From the NCBI RefSeq assembly GCF_001194135.2, contig NC_068985.1, positions 19,233,215-19,297,214 of the forward strand: 64,000 nucleotides of DNA. The letters are read 5' to 3'. A model generated the notes under the pieces. That model ran no database searches and had not been told where the DNA came from. It saw only the letters and a list, made by a program, of their open reading frames with translations. A program made the translations under genes and the position numbers. Shown piece after piece: positions 25,991-38,752 of this stretch; position 1 is the first letter of the stretch, and each line of letters starts with the position of its first letter. This DNA comes from Octopus bimaculoides (lineage: Eukaryota).

Positions 25991-26890
25991 GCCTTTCAAG
26001 CCTCATTCATAACACCGCGGAATCCTTCCTTCCACTCTGACTTTCAATGTTGTCTCTCCTACTGTGATAGTCTCGACCATTTTTTCTATATTTTCTTCCG
26101 CAACTTGCACCACCATATCAAGGGTTTGTCCCTGCCAGTTCCTATGGGGTGTTCTGGTGGCCTGGAGGACCACTACCCTCTCCTCCATGCCTAGCAGTAT
26201 GGCAGCCACCAACCAGGCTACATCCACTTCTGGGGGTATTTCCTCCACCCTAACCCTGGAAGCACATCTCCTAGGGTATACGGGTAGAAGAACCACTTCA
26301 TCCGTTTTTAGCGGTGTTGCTGAGTTCAGCCTGGCGGTAGCTACCTTTCTGAACTGCACCTCCACCGTTCCAAACTTTTGTCCTCTGGCAAGGTAGGAAA
26401 TTTCTTGCCAGATTGGTCTCAGTGTCTTTTCTATTTGAACCGTTGACATGATTTCGATTTTCCTGGCTGTCTCTGAGTATGTTCGGTAAATTATTGTTCT
26501 TTCTGTTGCTTCCTTTTAAACGTTTTTTGGTGGGGACACCTTCGCTTCGTTCCCCTCCCTTTTAAGCATTCCCTTGAACTTGCTCTCATCCTCCAGCCTC
26601 ACATCTTCGCTTTTTTCTTTTGTCGCTGCAGCATAATTCCTTGCTTCCATTGCTTCGTCTATCTTCTTTATACGCCTCACCATTTTTTCCTCAGACGACA
26701 CAAAGTCCGAAGAAGGGCAGTTTACAACGTCTGAAACAGAACAATTCAAACTTTCGTAATTCCTCACTCGACGCCCCTCCATTAAACAAGAGGAAAAACG
26801 TCGGACCGCCAAGACAGTAAAAAAAAAAACAAAAACAAAAAAAACACCTGTGTAACAAACAAAACCAACAATCCAACTGACAAACGCTAT
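25991..26890 (-). pseudogene. L1/Tx1-like LINE 5' UTR and ORF1 (truncated at the zinc knuckle)
   Basis: ORFs 26516-26812 and 26003-26449 join by a frameshift; ends VRVEGRIPRCYE*GLKG, a CCHC knuckle start with a Cys-to-stop change. Confidence 0.65.
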
Positions 26891-27111
26891 GCCGGAGGCA
26901 AACTTCTTACCACACAGCCACTCATATATATATTTAGTGTTGACTGTCGGAAAAAAGTTAATTCGATATAATAGAAATAATTAATATTTTATTTCGATTG
27001 AGACCTCTTACTACTCTGAGTTTTGCCTATGGGTAGGCAGGATCTTCAATCAAATTACGAAGACCCACAAGCGAAAATCAGGGTAACAAGAAACTGACTC
27101 GACCAAAATAA

Positions 27112-27312
27112 TCCTTTCTACTATAAGCACAAGGTCTGAAATGTGGGGGAGGGGGATAGTCGATTATAACGACCCCAGTGTTTCACTGGTACTTAATTTA
27201 TCGACCTCGAGAGAATGAAAAGTAAAGTCGACCTCGGCGGAATTTGAACTTAGAATTAGCACCGGCGAAATACTGCTAAGCATTTCGCCCGCCCGGCATG
27301 CTAACGATTCTT
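27112..27312 (-). mobile_element. SINE family A
   Basis: aaagtcgacctcggcggaatttgaac core. Confidence 0.9.
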
Positions 27313-27317
27313 TTCTT

Positions 27318-27497
27318 TTTCACTCAAGGAACAAGACCCAACATTTTGAGGAGTGGGGGCTAGTCCATTAGATTGACCCCAGCACGCAACTGATATTTAA
27401 TTTATCGATCCCGAAAGGATGAAAGGCAAAGTCGACCTCGGCGGAATTTGAACTCAGAGCGTAAAGGCAGACGAAATACCGCTAAGCATTTTGCCTG
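27318..27497 (-). mobile_element. SINE family A (tandem with the previous copy)
   Basis: cccgaaaggatgaaaggcaaagtcgacctcggcggaatttgaactcag. Confidence 0.9.
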
Positions 27498-27504
27498 ACG
27501 ACAC

Positions 27505-27750
27505 ATTGAGTCCTTGAACAAGACAATTTATTTACCGTTGCTCCATTCTTGCCAGCCAGCTGGCAAAAATGAACAGTGCCTGTAATTCAAAGAGCCAGCC
27601 TTATCACTTCCTGTGTCGCGCTGAATCTCTCTGAGAACTTCCTTAAGGGAACGCGTGTCTGTGGAGCCACTTACACGTTAATTTCACGAGCAGTTTTCCG
27701 TTGATTGGATCAACTGGAGCCCTTGTCGTCGTAACCGAAGGAGTGCCAGT
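27505..27750 (+). mobile_element. SINE body/tail, family C type
   Basis: tccttgaacaagaca..ctggcaaaaatga..gctgaatctc..cacgttaatttcacgagc..gtcgtcgtaaccga..gagtgcc. Confidence 0.6.
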
Positions 27751-29189
27751 TCATATTTAGCCCGACCGCAACTTGAATGTCTATACCGCTGAACTGGTGA
27801 TCGTTGTTATATTTACCCTTAAACAGTGTGATTTTTTGAAGTTGTCTTTCCGTTTGAAAAAAAAAAACAAAAAACCCTCAGATTTCATTCTTTCTCTCTC
27901 TTTCTTTCTCTCCCTCTTAATTTTGCCGCTCTGTTCCCGAATAAGAAATGCGCTCTTGTCTACTGGCTGCTTAGATAAAAATCAGTAGCGCGAAATCGTT
28001 CCACCCACGGTATTACAGGTGTGTGACCCTATCGTAAGTGGAACAAACAAGTCTTTCATGACCGTGGAGTTAATAGATATACTAATGTATGTATGTATGT
28101 ATGTATGTATGTATGTATGTGTATCTATACGCACACACACATATTTGAATGTATATAGAGTGATCTTGTCCTTATCTGTTGCTTGTATACAAAACGCCCC
28201 GTTGAGGTATTTTCCCTAAGATATTAAATTGTTGCAATTTCCAACTAAATATATATTATAAAAATTTCAGAATAACAGTGTATGTGTGTGAGTGTGTGTG
28301 CGTGTGTATGTGTGTGTGTGTACGCGCATATATGTATACATGTCTGTGCATGTATACTTGTGTGTATATGTGTATAAAACCTTTGTGAAACTAAGAGCGT
28401 TCTTTAGAGTCGTGTGTTAGACAAAGGATATCACCCAGCAGACGTCACAAATTTGGTGAAACTTTCGTTAACACCGCCTTCATTCCTTGTTCAAAATAAC
28501 ATTCATATTGCTTGGATAATAAATGAGCAAAAGAGGTAACAAAGAGTACATTCTGCACTAATCTTGAAAAATATGGCGCCCAGAAAAGAAACAAACGAGT
28601 CTTTCATTGCGGTGAAGTTAATAGATATTGTGATCTTGCTTTTATCTATTAACGCCTGCGATTATTGCCTGTACAAATATACTTTCTTCTTTCTTATAAA
28701 TTCTCTCTTATTTTTTTGACTGTATTAAAGCAGCAATTACCTCTTATTTTTGTCTACCAGAGTGCCGTACAGTGCAGATTAAATGGTGGCTTGCTTTACT
28801 GCTATTTATCAGCTAGTTACAGGCGTCTGGACTGCTTAACTTTTAGAAACTGTCACCGACTCATACTTCTGAAACGTTTCAATGTATATTACTGAATTCG
28901 TGCGAACTAATTTCCCTACAAACGTAAATTTCAACACATTCGTGGACATCTGCTGGTACTCCCCCCTCTCTCTCTCTTTCTCTCTCACACACGTCTGCAT
29001 ATGTATAGCGATTGCTTTGTAAATTTTAACATATTATCTACTCAGGTGCCCAGTATTAATGAAATGTAATTTTGCAATGGGTTGTAATTAAATTGTGAAG
29101 GTGCGTGGTCTATTTTTTGTGCAGTCAATCTCTGTTAATTTAGTTGGTTGCAAGCTGTAAGGTTTTTCATACTGAATTTTAAATATTGG

Positions 29190-29388
29190 CAAAAGGTCAT
29201 CAATTTCAAAGGAAAGGGATAAGTCGATTACATCGAACCCAGTGTTCAACTGGTATTTATGTTATCGACCCCGAAAGGAAGAAAAGAAAAGTCGACCCCG
29301 GCGGCATTTGAACCCAGAACGTAAAGTCGAAAGAAATGCCGTTAAGAATTTTTCCCGACGCGGTAACGATTTTGCCAGCTCGCCGCCT
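29190..29388 (-). mobile_element. SINE family A
   Basis: Reverse-complement core and gccagctcgccgcc head. Confidence 0.88.
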
Positions 29389-29407
29389 TATGTAAGACTT
29401 TTCATAT

Positions 29408-29613
29408 TGGTTTCAGATTTTGGCACAAGGACAGTAGTTCGAGGAAGGGGCTAACTCAGGTACATCGACCCCCAGTGGTACTTATTTGATGGACTCCGAA
29501 AGGATGAAAGGCAAAGTCGACCTCGGTGTAATATGAACTCAGAACGTGAAAACGGACGAAATGCAGCTAAGCATTTTGCTCTGAATGCTAACGACTCAGC
29601 CAGCTCACCGCCT
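29408..29613 (-). mobile_element. SINE family A (tandem)
   Basis: Reverse-complement core and gccagctcaccgcc head. Confidence 0.88.
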
Positions 29614-30099
29614 TACTTTTCACATTGTAAGTGCAAATGTTTCGTTCATGGCTGTTTCTAGTAAACAATTTTTTGGCAACCAGTAAAAGTAAAGAGTGGT
29701 TAGTTTGGAAATGCTTATCTGTTAAAGATAGGAACTCGGTTGACAGACGAAAAAAAAAAAAAAAACTTTTTTATCTCAGTAAAAGATTTTTTTTCTTATT
29801 AAATAACGTTTTAATAAATGTTGAGTAATCGATTTTCGAATCAAAACCCTTCTACTTGTGAGACTTATTCGCATTCCGGAGCCCCTAACTTCAGACAAAT
29901 GTCTAGTTACTAGTTTCTTGTACAGAGAATGTGAAATTAGACATTGCGAGCCTGATAAGGGGGTGTGTCAAAATTTCAATTTTGAAAAGTGTGCTAACTC
30001 GTTGGAGTTGGTTGCAGGGGTCCTGGTTAATGAGAAACCCTTTGGTAAACATCTAACTGTGGTAAAATAAGATGTATTCAATAATTTTAGTCGCGATAT

Positions 30100-30316
30100 T
30101 GGTTTCAAAACTGTGGCACAAAGCCAGGAATTTCAGGGGAGCCGGGTAAGTCGATTACATAGACCTCAATGATCAACTGGTACTTACTCTATCAACACCT
30201 AACCGTTGAAAGGCAGAGTCTACCTCGGCGGAATTTGAAATCAGAACATGAGGATGGACGAAATGCTGCTAAGCCTTTTGCCCGGCGTGCAAACGATTCA
30301 GCCAGCTCGCCACCTT
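30100..30316 (-). mobile_element. SINE family A
   Basis: Reverse-complement core and head. Confidence 0.85.
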
Positions 30317-31133
30317 AATTTTGGACACAATATTAACAAAAATTTTGGGATCTAGCGTCCGATCTGCTCGGACTTGAATTATTTTGTGAAGAAATATTCC
30401 GACAAGCGCCACTTCTTTAGATAATCACTGATAGCTTTTATATGTAACTAGTATCAATAGAGCACTGATCAGTTTTTAAAAAAGTGAAAATATTCAGTGT
30501 TCGAACATCGATATTTGGAAGAGGTTATATTTGAAGCTAGTTGCAATAGAATTTATCTTCAAATAGTGCAGTGGCAATGGTTCGGTAAGTCAGTTTATGC
30601 ATTCTGTTAGACGAAATGGTTTCTCTCACTGTTTCTGCACACGTTGGTTCGGGAGGTTTTCCTTCAGAATTTGAGTGCCATTCAATATCTTCCTTGAGAT
30701 TGAGCACATAGGAAGTGCTGTCTGCTTTTGACAAGGAATAATTCAACGCCAGCAATTTTTAGGAGGTATGAACCAAATTGTATGAATACAAACCTGTACA
30801 CAACATTGACACTTCGGGGATCAGATATAAGCAACCTTTCACTTTTTTCTCCAAAGGGCTTTTTAGAAATAAATATTTACACGTTATCATTTATAATTTC
30901 TCTACTTCAAGTTCAACCATTAAAAACGAATTGTTTCATATTTTACTACAACAAAAGCAGAGAGCTGACAGAGTCGTTAGCACAGCAGCAGTTCACCCGT
31001 CCTCACGCTCTAAGTTCCAATTCCTTTGCCTTTCGTACTTTCGAGGTCTGGGATCGATGTAACTTCTCCCCCAAACTTCTTTACGTCCTGTGTCAAAATT
31101 TGAAGCCAATACACAACTCTTGCAATACTATAT

Positions 31134-31192
<59 letters not shown>

Positions 31193-31195
<3 letters not shown>

Positions 31196-31245
31196 GAGGG
31201 GTGCTGAGAAGTTCCTGGCTTTAAGGATATCGCAAAAGGCCTGGC
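31193..31245. mobile_element. Isolated left end (TIR) of the mariner-type MITE at 32.5-32.7 kb
   Basis: gaggaggggtgctgagaagttcctggct is the inverse of gccaggaacttttcagcaccccctcc at 32721-32746. Confidence 0.7.
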
Positions 31246-31699
31246 AAAAGAGAGGGAAGCAGAAAAAAGAAAAGAAGAAAGAAAGAAGGGAGGAAAGAAA
31301 GAGGGAGGGATGGAGGGAGAAAGAGTGAATTTACTGAAAAGCGAGTGAAATTGACAAGAATGACCCTCTTGAATTGAATGCTCCCACTCTTAGCTTGTAG
31401 GCAGGAGAACACAGCTGGGATAAAGCACTTCTTGAGAGTCAGAGCTTTCCCAGTATTTATGGCTTCCTTGAATGGCGTTTGGTAGCTTTCCTCCTCCTGG
31501 TGCATCTCATTTGATGTTTTTGTATACTGTTGCTTTTCATGCCTGTTCTTTCTGGTAACGATTCTACGAAAACTCCTACCGTTTCTGTAATTTATCTTTG
31601 TAATGTGTCTTTGGTTTTGTTATAAGGTTGCTTGAAGTCAGGTTCAGACCAGACGCTCAGGTGGATAGAAACTGAGACGAGGTTACGAGCAGGGTGGCC

Positions 31700-32512
31700 A
31701 GTTACTTCCAGAAATAGGCTAAGGGTCAGTTATCCCTGAAACATCGAGCAGAAATAGCAAATGTGTAGGACACCTCTGTCTTTCCTTGACCCAGTTTTTA
31801 TTTGACCAAACTTGAATGTCTGCTCCAGTCTGATCAAACGTAACTTGGCCAGATACGACCCATTCATCAGGAAGTTCATCATCTGCTTCTGAGTGACCAA
31901 TTCAGTAAGCCAGGACTGACGATGTATAGATGTGTATCGAGATTGAGGTATCTGCACAGATACTTGAACAGTGAAGAGATGGATTCGCCATTTGTGATGC
32001 ACGCCTTTCCAAAGCTTGTCCGCTTAACAGGTCTGCAGTTTGGGGCAAGCGAAAAGTCACGACTTGGCGTTTGGTATTTGGAATGTTGTTTTGCTCTCAG
32101 AGCTTTCTACTAGCCGGAAAATGCAATCATTGGAAATTCTACGTTAGCATTCTATAGAGAACTTTTGAGTAGTAAGAACGACAATGTTCTCAGAGAATCC
32201 TTAGGCGTCAACTCCTGGAAGAATCACGTAGTTGGTTTGTTCCGGATAATTTTTCAGCCCGGAGACTATGAGTAACTTCCAGAAACCTCGTTTGTGGCTT
32301 TGGTTGAAGGCTGAGTACGACTGAAAGGACTGAGGACGGACGCTCTCCTCTTAGGTTAAGCCCTCGTTGAGTTCTTAAAGTTCCATATGTAGAGGAATAT
32401 GAAGGTATAGAGAAAGATGTGGTCTTCCGGTAAATTTGTTGAATGGTGGGTTAGAGCGATGAACGTGACCCAAGTGAGTGGGCTAACTCTCTGCATGCAT
32501 CTGCCGGCTGGA
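31700..32512 (+). pseudogene. L1/Tx1-like ORF2 C-terminal fragment
   Basis: RLRYLHRYL..SPFVMHAFPKL..GNSTLAFYRELL..ETMSNFQK..LVEFLKFHM..GKFVEWWV, broken by stops and frameshifts. Confidence 0.6.
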
Positions 32513-32515
32513 GAA

Positions 32516-32746
32516 TACGAGTGGGGGCGGGGGAAGGACTGAAAAGTTCCTGGTTCTAAGGGTGTCGTGAAAGATCTGGTTGGAGGCCCAACCCTCCTAG
32601 TTCTTTTACAAGGCTTTAGAAAATCTGAAGGACCGCTGCAATAAGTGTGTGAATCTGAGAAGGGAATATGTTGCATAAAATCATAATTAACTGATCCTCC
32701 TGTATTTTCTTTTACCCAAGGCCAGGAACTTTTCAGCACCCCCTCC
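32516..32746. mobile_element. Tc1/mariner-type MITE
   Basis: ctgaaaagttcctgg ... ccaggaacttttcagcaccccctcc|TA inverted ends. Confidence 0.75.
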
Positions 32747-35244
32747 TATGACTGAAAGAGAGCACTTGCAATCGGTTGTTAAAGCAATACTGACTCTGTG
32801 GGGGTTCTTAGTAGATGCCAGTAGGTGGTCCTCCTCTTGGAACTTTCTCATATAGGTATATTTTGTTGATGTTGCTCTTCATTTCATTCAATTTCTATCT
32901 AACCTCCACCCCAGAGTTTCTATAATTTTTCCTTGTAATATCCCTTCTCCTGCCACCTTTGTTATATGATAGAGAAAACAGCCAAATAAATAAATACATG
33001 AGCTTGATATTCAAATAAATTGAATATTTGATTACCATTTCGCATAACTGCCACAAATTACATCTGAATAACTAGTTTTAGTTCTCCAGTGTTATTACAC
33101 CACATGGATATCAACGTCACAGCTCTTTCGATATGAAATTACAAGTAAAATAATTTTATGTGAAATGTTTATGATGACTTAGAAGTGTGCCAAAATGTAC
33201 AGATGCATTTGATGTTTGTGTTTTCTTTTCTCTTGCCTGCCTGTAATCCGTGCTCGTTTCTTAACTAGGTGTATGTGTATTTGGAAAACGCCTTTAAATT
33301 AATTTTAGAGCCATTAACTATCGGAAGAGAAGTGAAGAAAAACATTTTTTTTTTTTTGAAACGTAGAGTAAGATTTGGGGGGTTTTTTTTCTGCTTTAAA
33401 AAAGAAAAAAATTTAAATATGAAGGAAACGAAAATATCTGAAGTAAGAAAAAAAAACTTGGTCTGATGTGGTGCAAATGAGTGATAACGCATAAATAAAG
33501 AAAGAATGAAAGGAAGGAAGGAAGGAAGGAAAAGAGGATGAGAAGGGGAAGGAAGGAAGGAAAAATGGAAGAGAGAATAAAAGAAAGGAAGGATGAAAGA
33601 AGGAAAGAAAGAGAGAAACACAAATAAAATATAATAAAAAAAAAAGAAAAGAAAGCAAAAGAAAATAAGAAAACGTCTGTGCAAATTGAAGCTTAACTTG
33701 GTGGAAGTCGGAAATGAAGACAGCGTAGAAAGTGTAGTCGCTTGGTGGCAGAGGTGAGGGGAGATAGAGAAATGTGTGCGATTGAGATGAAAACTTATTC
33801 CGATATAGAACTAAGAAGATAGCGGTGCCAAACAGTTTAGAGAATGTAAATAAATAAATAAGAAAATAAATAAACAAACAAAATAAATATACAAAATAAA
33901 GACAGAAAGTTGGCAAATCCTGTAGTACCTAGCTTTTTCCACAGTGATATCTTCAGTGTGTACCCACCTTCTTTTGTGATTAGTTTCCTTCCTTGTTCTT
34001 CTATATCTGCTATTGGTTGTAAACGATTTCAACACTCCACCCATCATATATGCTACCCTACTCCGACCCGAATCCAATAAAGTCATGCTATACACACAGA
34101 CAGATAGATGCACTGAATACGTAGGTAAACCTACGCAAACACATTTATCTGTCCGTTGAGACGAAATCGCAAATAAGCACACACTTTCACTAAAAATGGT
34201 AATCTACTATAAAACAGCCCAAACCCACTCACACAGATGTAAACACACATACACGTGCATACACACACACAGACACACACACATGCCCACAAACACATAC
34301 TGAACATTACATAGAAACGCACAAGACATCACCTCATACATATAAACTATCAACAGAAACCCATCTATTTCACCAACAGACATACATGTCTGTTTCTTCG
34401 CTCCCACCACTTCTTACGTGTTTTCCCATTTCTTTATTTCCTTTCATCTACCACCCTCACCTCCATATATATATATATTCTTATAAAGACAAAAGAAACA
34501 AAATAAAAAATTTAAAAAAAAAAAAAACATCTATGCAAATACAAATCAACTGATATAAGACATCAATCACAAATACCTCTCCACCCTCCACTGCTTCATC
34601 AGAATATGCCCCAGCCCCCACGGATTGCCGCCAAAAATAGTCGTACAAAAAGCTAAAAAGCGCTGAAAGTTTATGTCTCGCGCCTATCACGGAGCACCAT
34701 CGCAGCAAAACTACCTTAATATTATCTTCTCTCAGTTCCAATTTGCATCTCTAAGTTTCTGCATTCAGCAGGTAAGATCTTTTACAAAATAATTCTTTCT
34801 CCTCTGAACCGCCCAGATAACATCACCATTATCAATTATCTTATAGTAGAGTCGAAGGCGTTCAATGCATTTTAATCAATAATTTCTCTAGTTAATTATA
34901 GTCTGTTGTTTTATAGAAACTTGTAAACAGTCAACTGTTGCATTGAACGCTTCCTACTCATTTGCTATTTTTGACAACTTAAACTCTACGATTTCTATAA
35001 GCTGTCTGCATGTGATTGAAGTTATAATTATTTCTGATTATTGTCATTTCTAATAAGTTGAGTTCATCTTTACAACTTTTAGGTACATAAAGAATTTATT
35101 TTCACATACACACACAAACTTTGTTGCAAGAAGTTAAACTTAAATAGCAACATTTAATCTTCTCAACCTATTTAAAAGAGACAAGTCTAGCCTTAGCTTT
35201 ACTTAGAAATAGCTTATGTGATGATGATCTTTCAAAAATCGGTT

Positions 35245-35455
35245 TCAAATTTTGGCACAAGGCCAGCAATTTCTGGGAAAGGGTGTAAGTCAAATACAGC
35301 GACCTCAGTACTCAACTGGTACTTATTTTAACGACTCTGAAGGCGATGAAAGGCAAAGTGGACCTCGGTGAAATTTGAACTCTGAACATAAAGACGGACG
35401 AAATGGCGCTAAGCATTTTGATCGGCGTGCTAACGATTCTGCCTGTTCGCCGACT
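35245..35455 (-). mobile_element. SINE family A
   Basis: Reverse-complement core. Confidence 0.85.
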
Positions 35456-35585
35456 TTGATCTTCCATCTATCAAACTATTTTTTGATAGTTTAATTAATC
35501 AAAGCATGCACATTGTTTATATTGATTCTAGAAACAAAACAAAATTATTTAAAGTTGCTTTCGTGCTTTTTACATTTTGCTTCAG

Positions 35586-35749
35586 CCCTGTCACACCGTA
35601 TTCCCGCTATTGCGGGAATTCGTGAAATGTCACCTCTGCTGGATTCGCGGTAAAACGGGAATGAGCAACACATGTAGAAAAAGAAGATGCAGGCAATTCG
35701 GTCCATTAGTTTGCCTGCAATCGTTACTCCTGGGCTGTATATGCAACTG

Positions 35750-35827
<78 letters not shown>

Positions 35828-36258
35828 NNNNNNNNNNNNNNNNNNNNNNNNNNNNNNNNNNNNNNNNNNNNNNNNNNNNNNNNNNNNNNNNNNNNNNNNN
35901 NNNNNNNNNNNNNNNNNNNNNNNNNNNNNNNNNNNNNNNNNNNNNNNNNNNNNNNNNNNNNNNNNNNNNNNNNNNNNNNNNNNNNNNNNNNNNNNNNNNN
36001 NNNNNNNNNNNNNNNNNNNNNNNNNNNNNNNNNNNNNNNNNNNNNNNNNNNNNNNNNNNNNNNNNNNNNNNNNNNNNNNNNNNNNNNNNNNNNNNNNNNN
36101 NNNNNNNNNNNNNNNNNNNNNNNNNNNNNNNNNNNNNNNNNNNNNNNNNNNNNNNNNNNNNNNNNNNNNNNNNNNNNNNNNNNNNNNNNNNNNNNNNNNN
36201 NNNNNNNNNNNNATTATTATTATTATTATTATTATCATCATCATCATCATCATCATCA

Positions 36259-36302
<44 letters not shown>

Positions 36303-36375
36303 ATCGTCATCATTATTTTGCACAGAAGCCTAGATGGAGGGTAAAGTTAAACACAGGGATCCCGGTCTGAGAGGG
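35586..36375 (-). mobile_element. piggyBac-like MITE with internal (TAA)n expansion and gap
   Basis: Both flanks of the repeat and gap are the reverse complement of 52254-52486; ends gagaggg|TTAA. Confidence 0.7.
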
Positions 36376-36769
36376 TTAAAACGATATGGTGTTTGTAGAT
36401 GTTGGGATTTTTAACTTACATCGATATGTTTACATTTAACTGGAGTAAATTTACATGACAAAAGGATTATATTGACTAATAATAACTTTTCAGTGCAATT
36501 CAAATCCCATTGATTTATAATGTTATCAGTAAAGTGATATCAGACATTACATGACCAATCTGAAGAAGGAAAGAAAAACAGTTCTCTATCTCAAACTGGT
36601 GCTTCTAATGTCTTATGTTGCTTTATGTTGGAAGCCTTAACAGTTAATTCATTTATGATGTTTTTGATATTTTTACGGCAATAAACACCTCTGGATTTGT
36701 TTCAGCGCCAAACATTTATATAGCACAAACTGAACTGCTTCCTTGTAATGTGGTTATTCATTGTAACGG

Positions 36770-36985
36770 TTTCAATTTTGGCACAAGGCTAACAGTTTTT
36801 GAGGGAGTAGGGTTTAGTTGATTATATCGACCTCAGTGCTTAACTGGTACTTTATCTTGCCGAACCCGAGAGAATGAAAGGCAAAGTCGGACTCGGCAGC
36901 ATTTGAAACCAGAATGTAAACAGCCGGAAGAAATTCTGTTTAACACTGTGGCTGAAGCGCTGACGATTCTGCCAGCTCGCTGCCT
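36770..36985 (-). mobile_element. SINE family A
   Basis: Reverse-complement core and gccagctcgctgcc head. Confidence 0.82.
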
Positions 36986-37041
36986 CGATTATTCATAATA
37001 ATAGCGTGGATATGAGGAACATTCATCAATATCTATAATGG

Positions 37042-37099
<58 letters not shown>

Positions 37100-37523
37100 N
37101 NNNNNNNNNNNNNNNNNNNNNNNNNNNNNNNNNNNNNNNNNNNNNNNNNNNNNNNNNNNNNNNNNNNNNNNNNNNNNNNNNNNNNNNNNNNNNNNNNNNN
37201 NNNNNNNNNNNNNNNNNNNNNNNNNNNNNNNNNNNNNNNNNNNNNNNNNNNNNNNNNNNNNNNNNNNNNNNNNNNNNNNNNNNNNNNNNNNNNNNNNNNN
37301 NNNNNNNNNNNNNNNNNNNNNNNNNNNNNNNNNNNNNNNNNNNNNNNNNNNNNNNNNNNNNNNNNNNNNNNNNNNNNNNNNNNNNNNNNNNNNNNNNNNN
37401 NNNNNNNNNNNNNNNNNNNNNNNNNNNNNNNNNNNNNNNNNNNNNNNNNNNNNNNNNNNNNNNNNNNNNNNNNNNNNNNNNNNNNNNNNNNNATTATTAT
37501 TGTTATTATTATTATTATTATTA

Positions 37524-37723
37524 AGGTGGCAGAATCGTCAGCAAGCCGGGCGAAATGCTTAGCAGTTTTTCGCCTACCGTTACGTTCTGAGTTCAAATTC
37601 CGCCGAGGTCGACTTTGCCTTTCATCTTTTCGGGATCGATAAGTACCAGTGAAAGACTGGGGTCAATGTGATCGACTAATCCTCCCCTCCCAAATTCCAG
37701 GTTTTGTGCCTTCAGTAGAAAGG

Positions 37724-37724
<1 letters not shown>
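37524..37724 (+). mobile_element. SINE family A flanked by (TTA)n on both sides
   Basis: ggcagaatcgtcagc..gccgaggtcgactttgcc..gtagaaagg(att)n. Confidence 0.9.
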
Positions 37725-37769
<45 letters not shown>

Positions 37770-37770
37770 G

Positions 37771-38696
37771 CATCTTCTTTCAATTCTATTTCCATTTCTT
37801 ACCGAGTGCCTTCCTGACACCTAGGGCAGAGAAACTTACCGTATACTTTGGTAGGCCATTAAAATAAACACACCAGATTGTTCATTTACAAAGTCATGTG
37901 ATATAGAAAAAGCGGAAGACAGAGAGAAGAAAGAAAAAAATGTTTAAAGTAACATAAAATAAAGGGGGAAAAAGAAAAGAAAATTCACAGCGACACTGCT
38001 CTTCTAAATACGTGTGAGGTACCTTTTAAGACAATCTTTTGCGCTTCCTGCATGGATGGTAAACCATGGATCATACTTAAATAATTTTCAGTTCCTTTTT
38101 TCATCATTCCAAGTGCTCCTACATTTACTGATATTGTAACCGTCTTGAGATGCCACATCTTTTCGATTTCGATTAGCAAATCTTTATATTTTCTGAGCTT
38201 ATCAAATTCTTTTGCCAAGATATTATGGTCACAGGGTATGCTCATGTCAATCAAGAAACAGACTTTATTGTTTTGGTCTTTTACAACAATATCTGGTTTA
38301 TTTGCTTTGATGGTCCGTTCTGTACATACTAGGAAGTCCCAAAATAGTTACATTTTCTTCCTCAGTTACAGCCTCAGGGTGGTGCTTGTACCATTTGTCA
38401 GCAGTTTTGTTTTCATAATGCCGACACATTATCCAATGTAGATATTGGCCAACTCTGTCATGTCTTGATTTATAACCTACAGGTGCTAAAACCTTACATC
38501 CAGAGATTAGGTGGTTCACTGTTTCTATCCCATTGTTGCAGTATCGGCACTTTGGGTCTACACCATGCTTCATCACATTGGCTTGATAGTTCCGGGTCAA
38601 TAAGCTCTGATCTTGAGCAGCCAAGATAAAACCTCCACTCTCTGCCTTTAGCCACGAGCTCCGTAGCCACTGATGGGTCTACATCAGCTTGTTTGT
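37771..38696 (-). pseudogene. Dong/R4 retrotransposon 3' fragment: CCHC knuckle, REL endonuclease, 3' UTR
   Basis: AAQDQSLLTRNY..CRYC..ETVNHLISGC..RHDRV; KPDIVVKD..LIDMSIP..KYKDL..VGALG. Confidence 0.9.
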
Positions 38697-38698
38697 AC

Positions 38699-38750
<52 letters not shown>

Positions 38751-38752
38751 TT

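Noticed and set aside
30495-30755. Possible exon(s): plus-strand FEHRYLEEVIFEASCNRIYLQIVQWQWF before gtaagt, and the 72-aa minus ORF
   Set aside because: No recognisable homology; splice sites are weak or ambiguous; both readings are compatible with chance.
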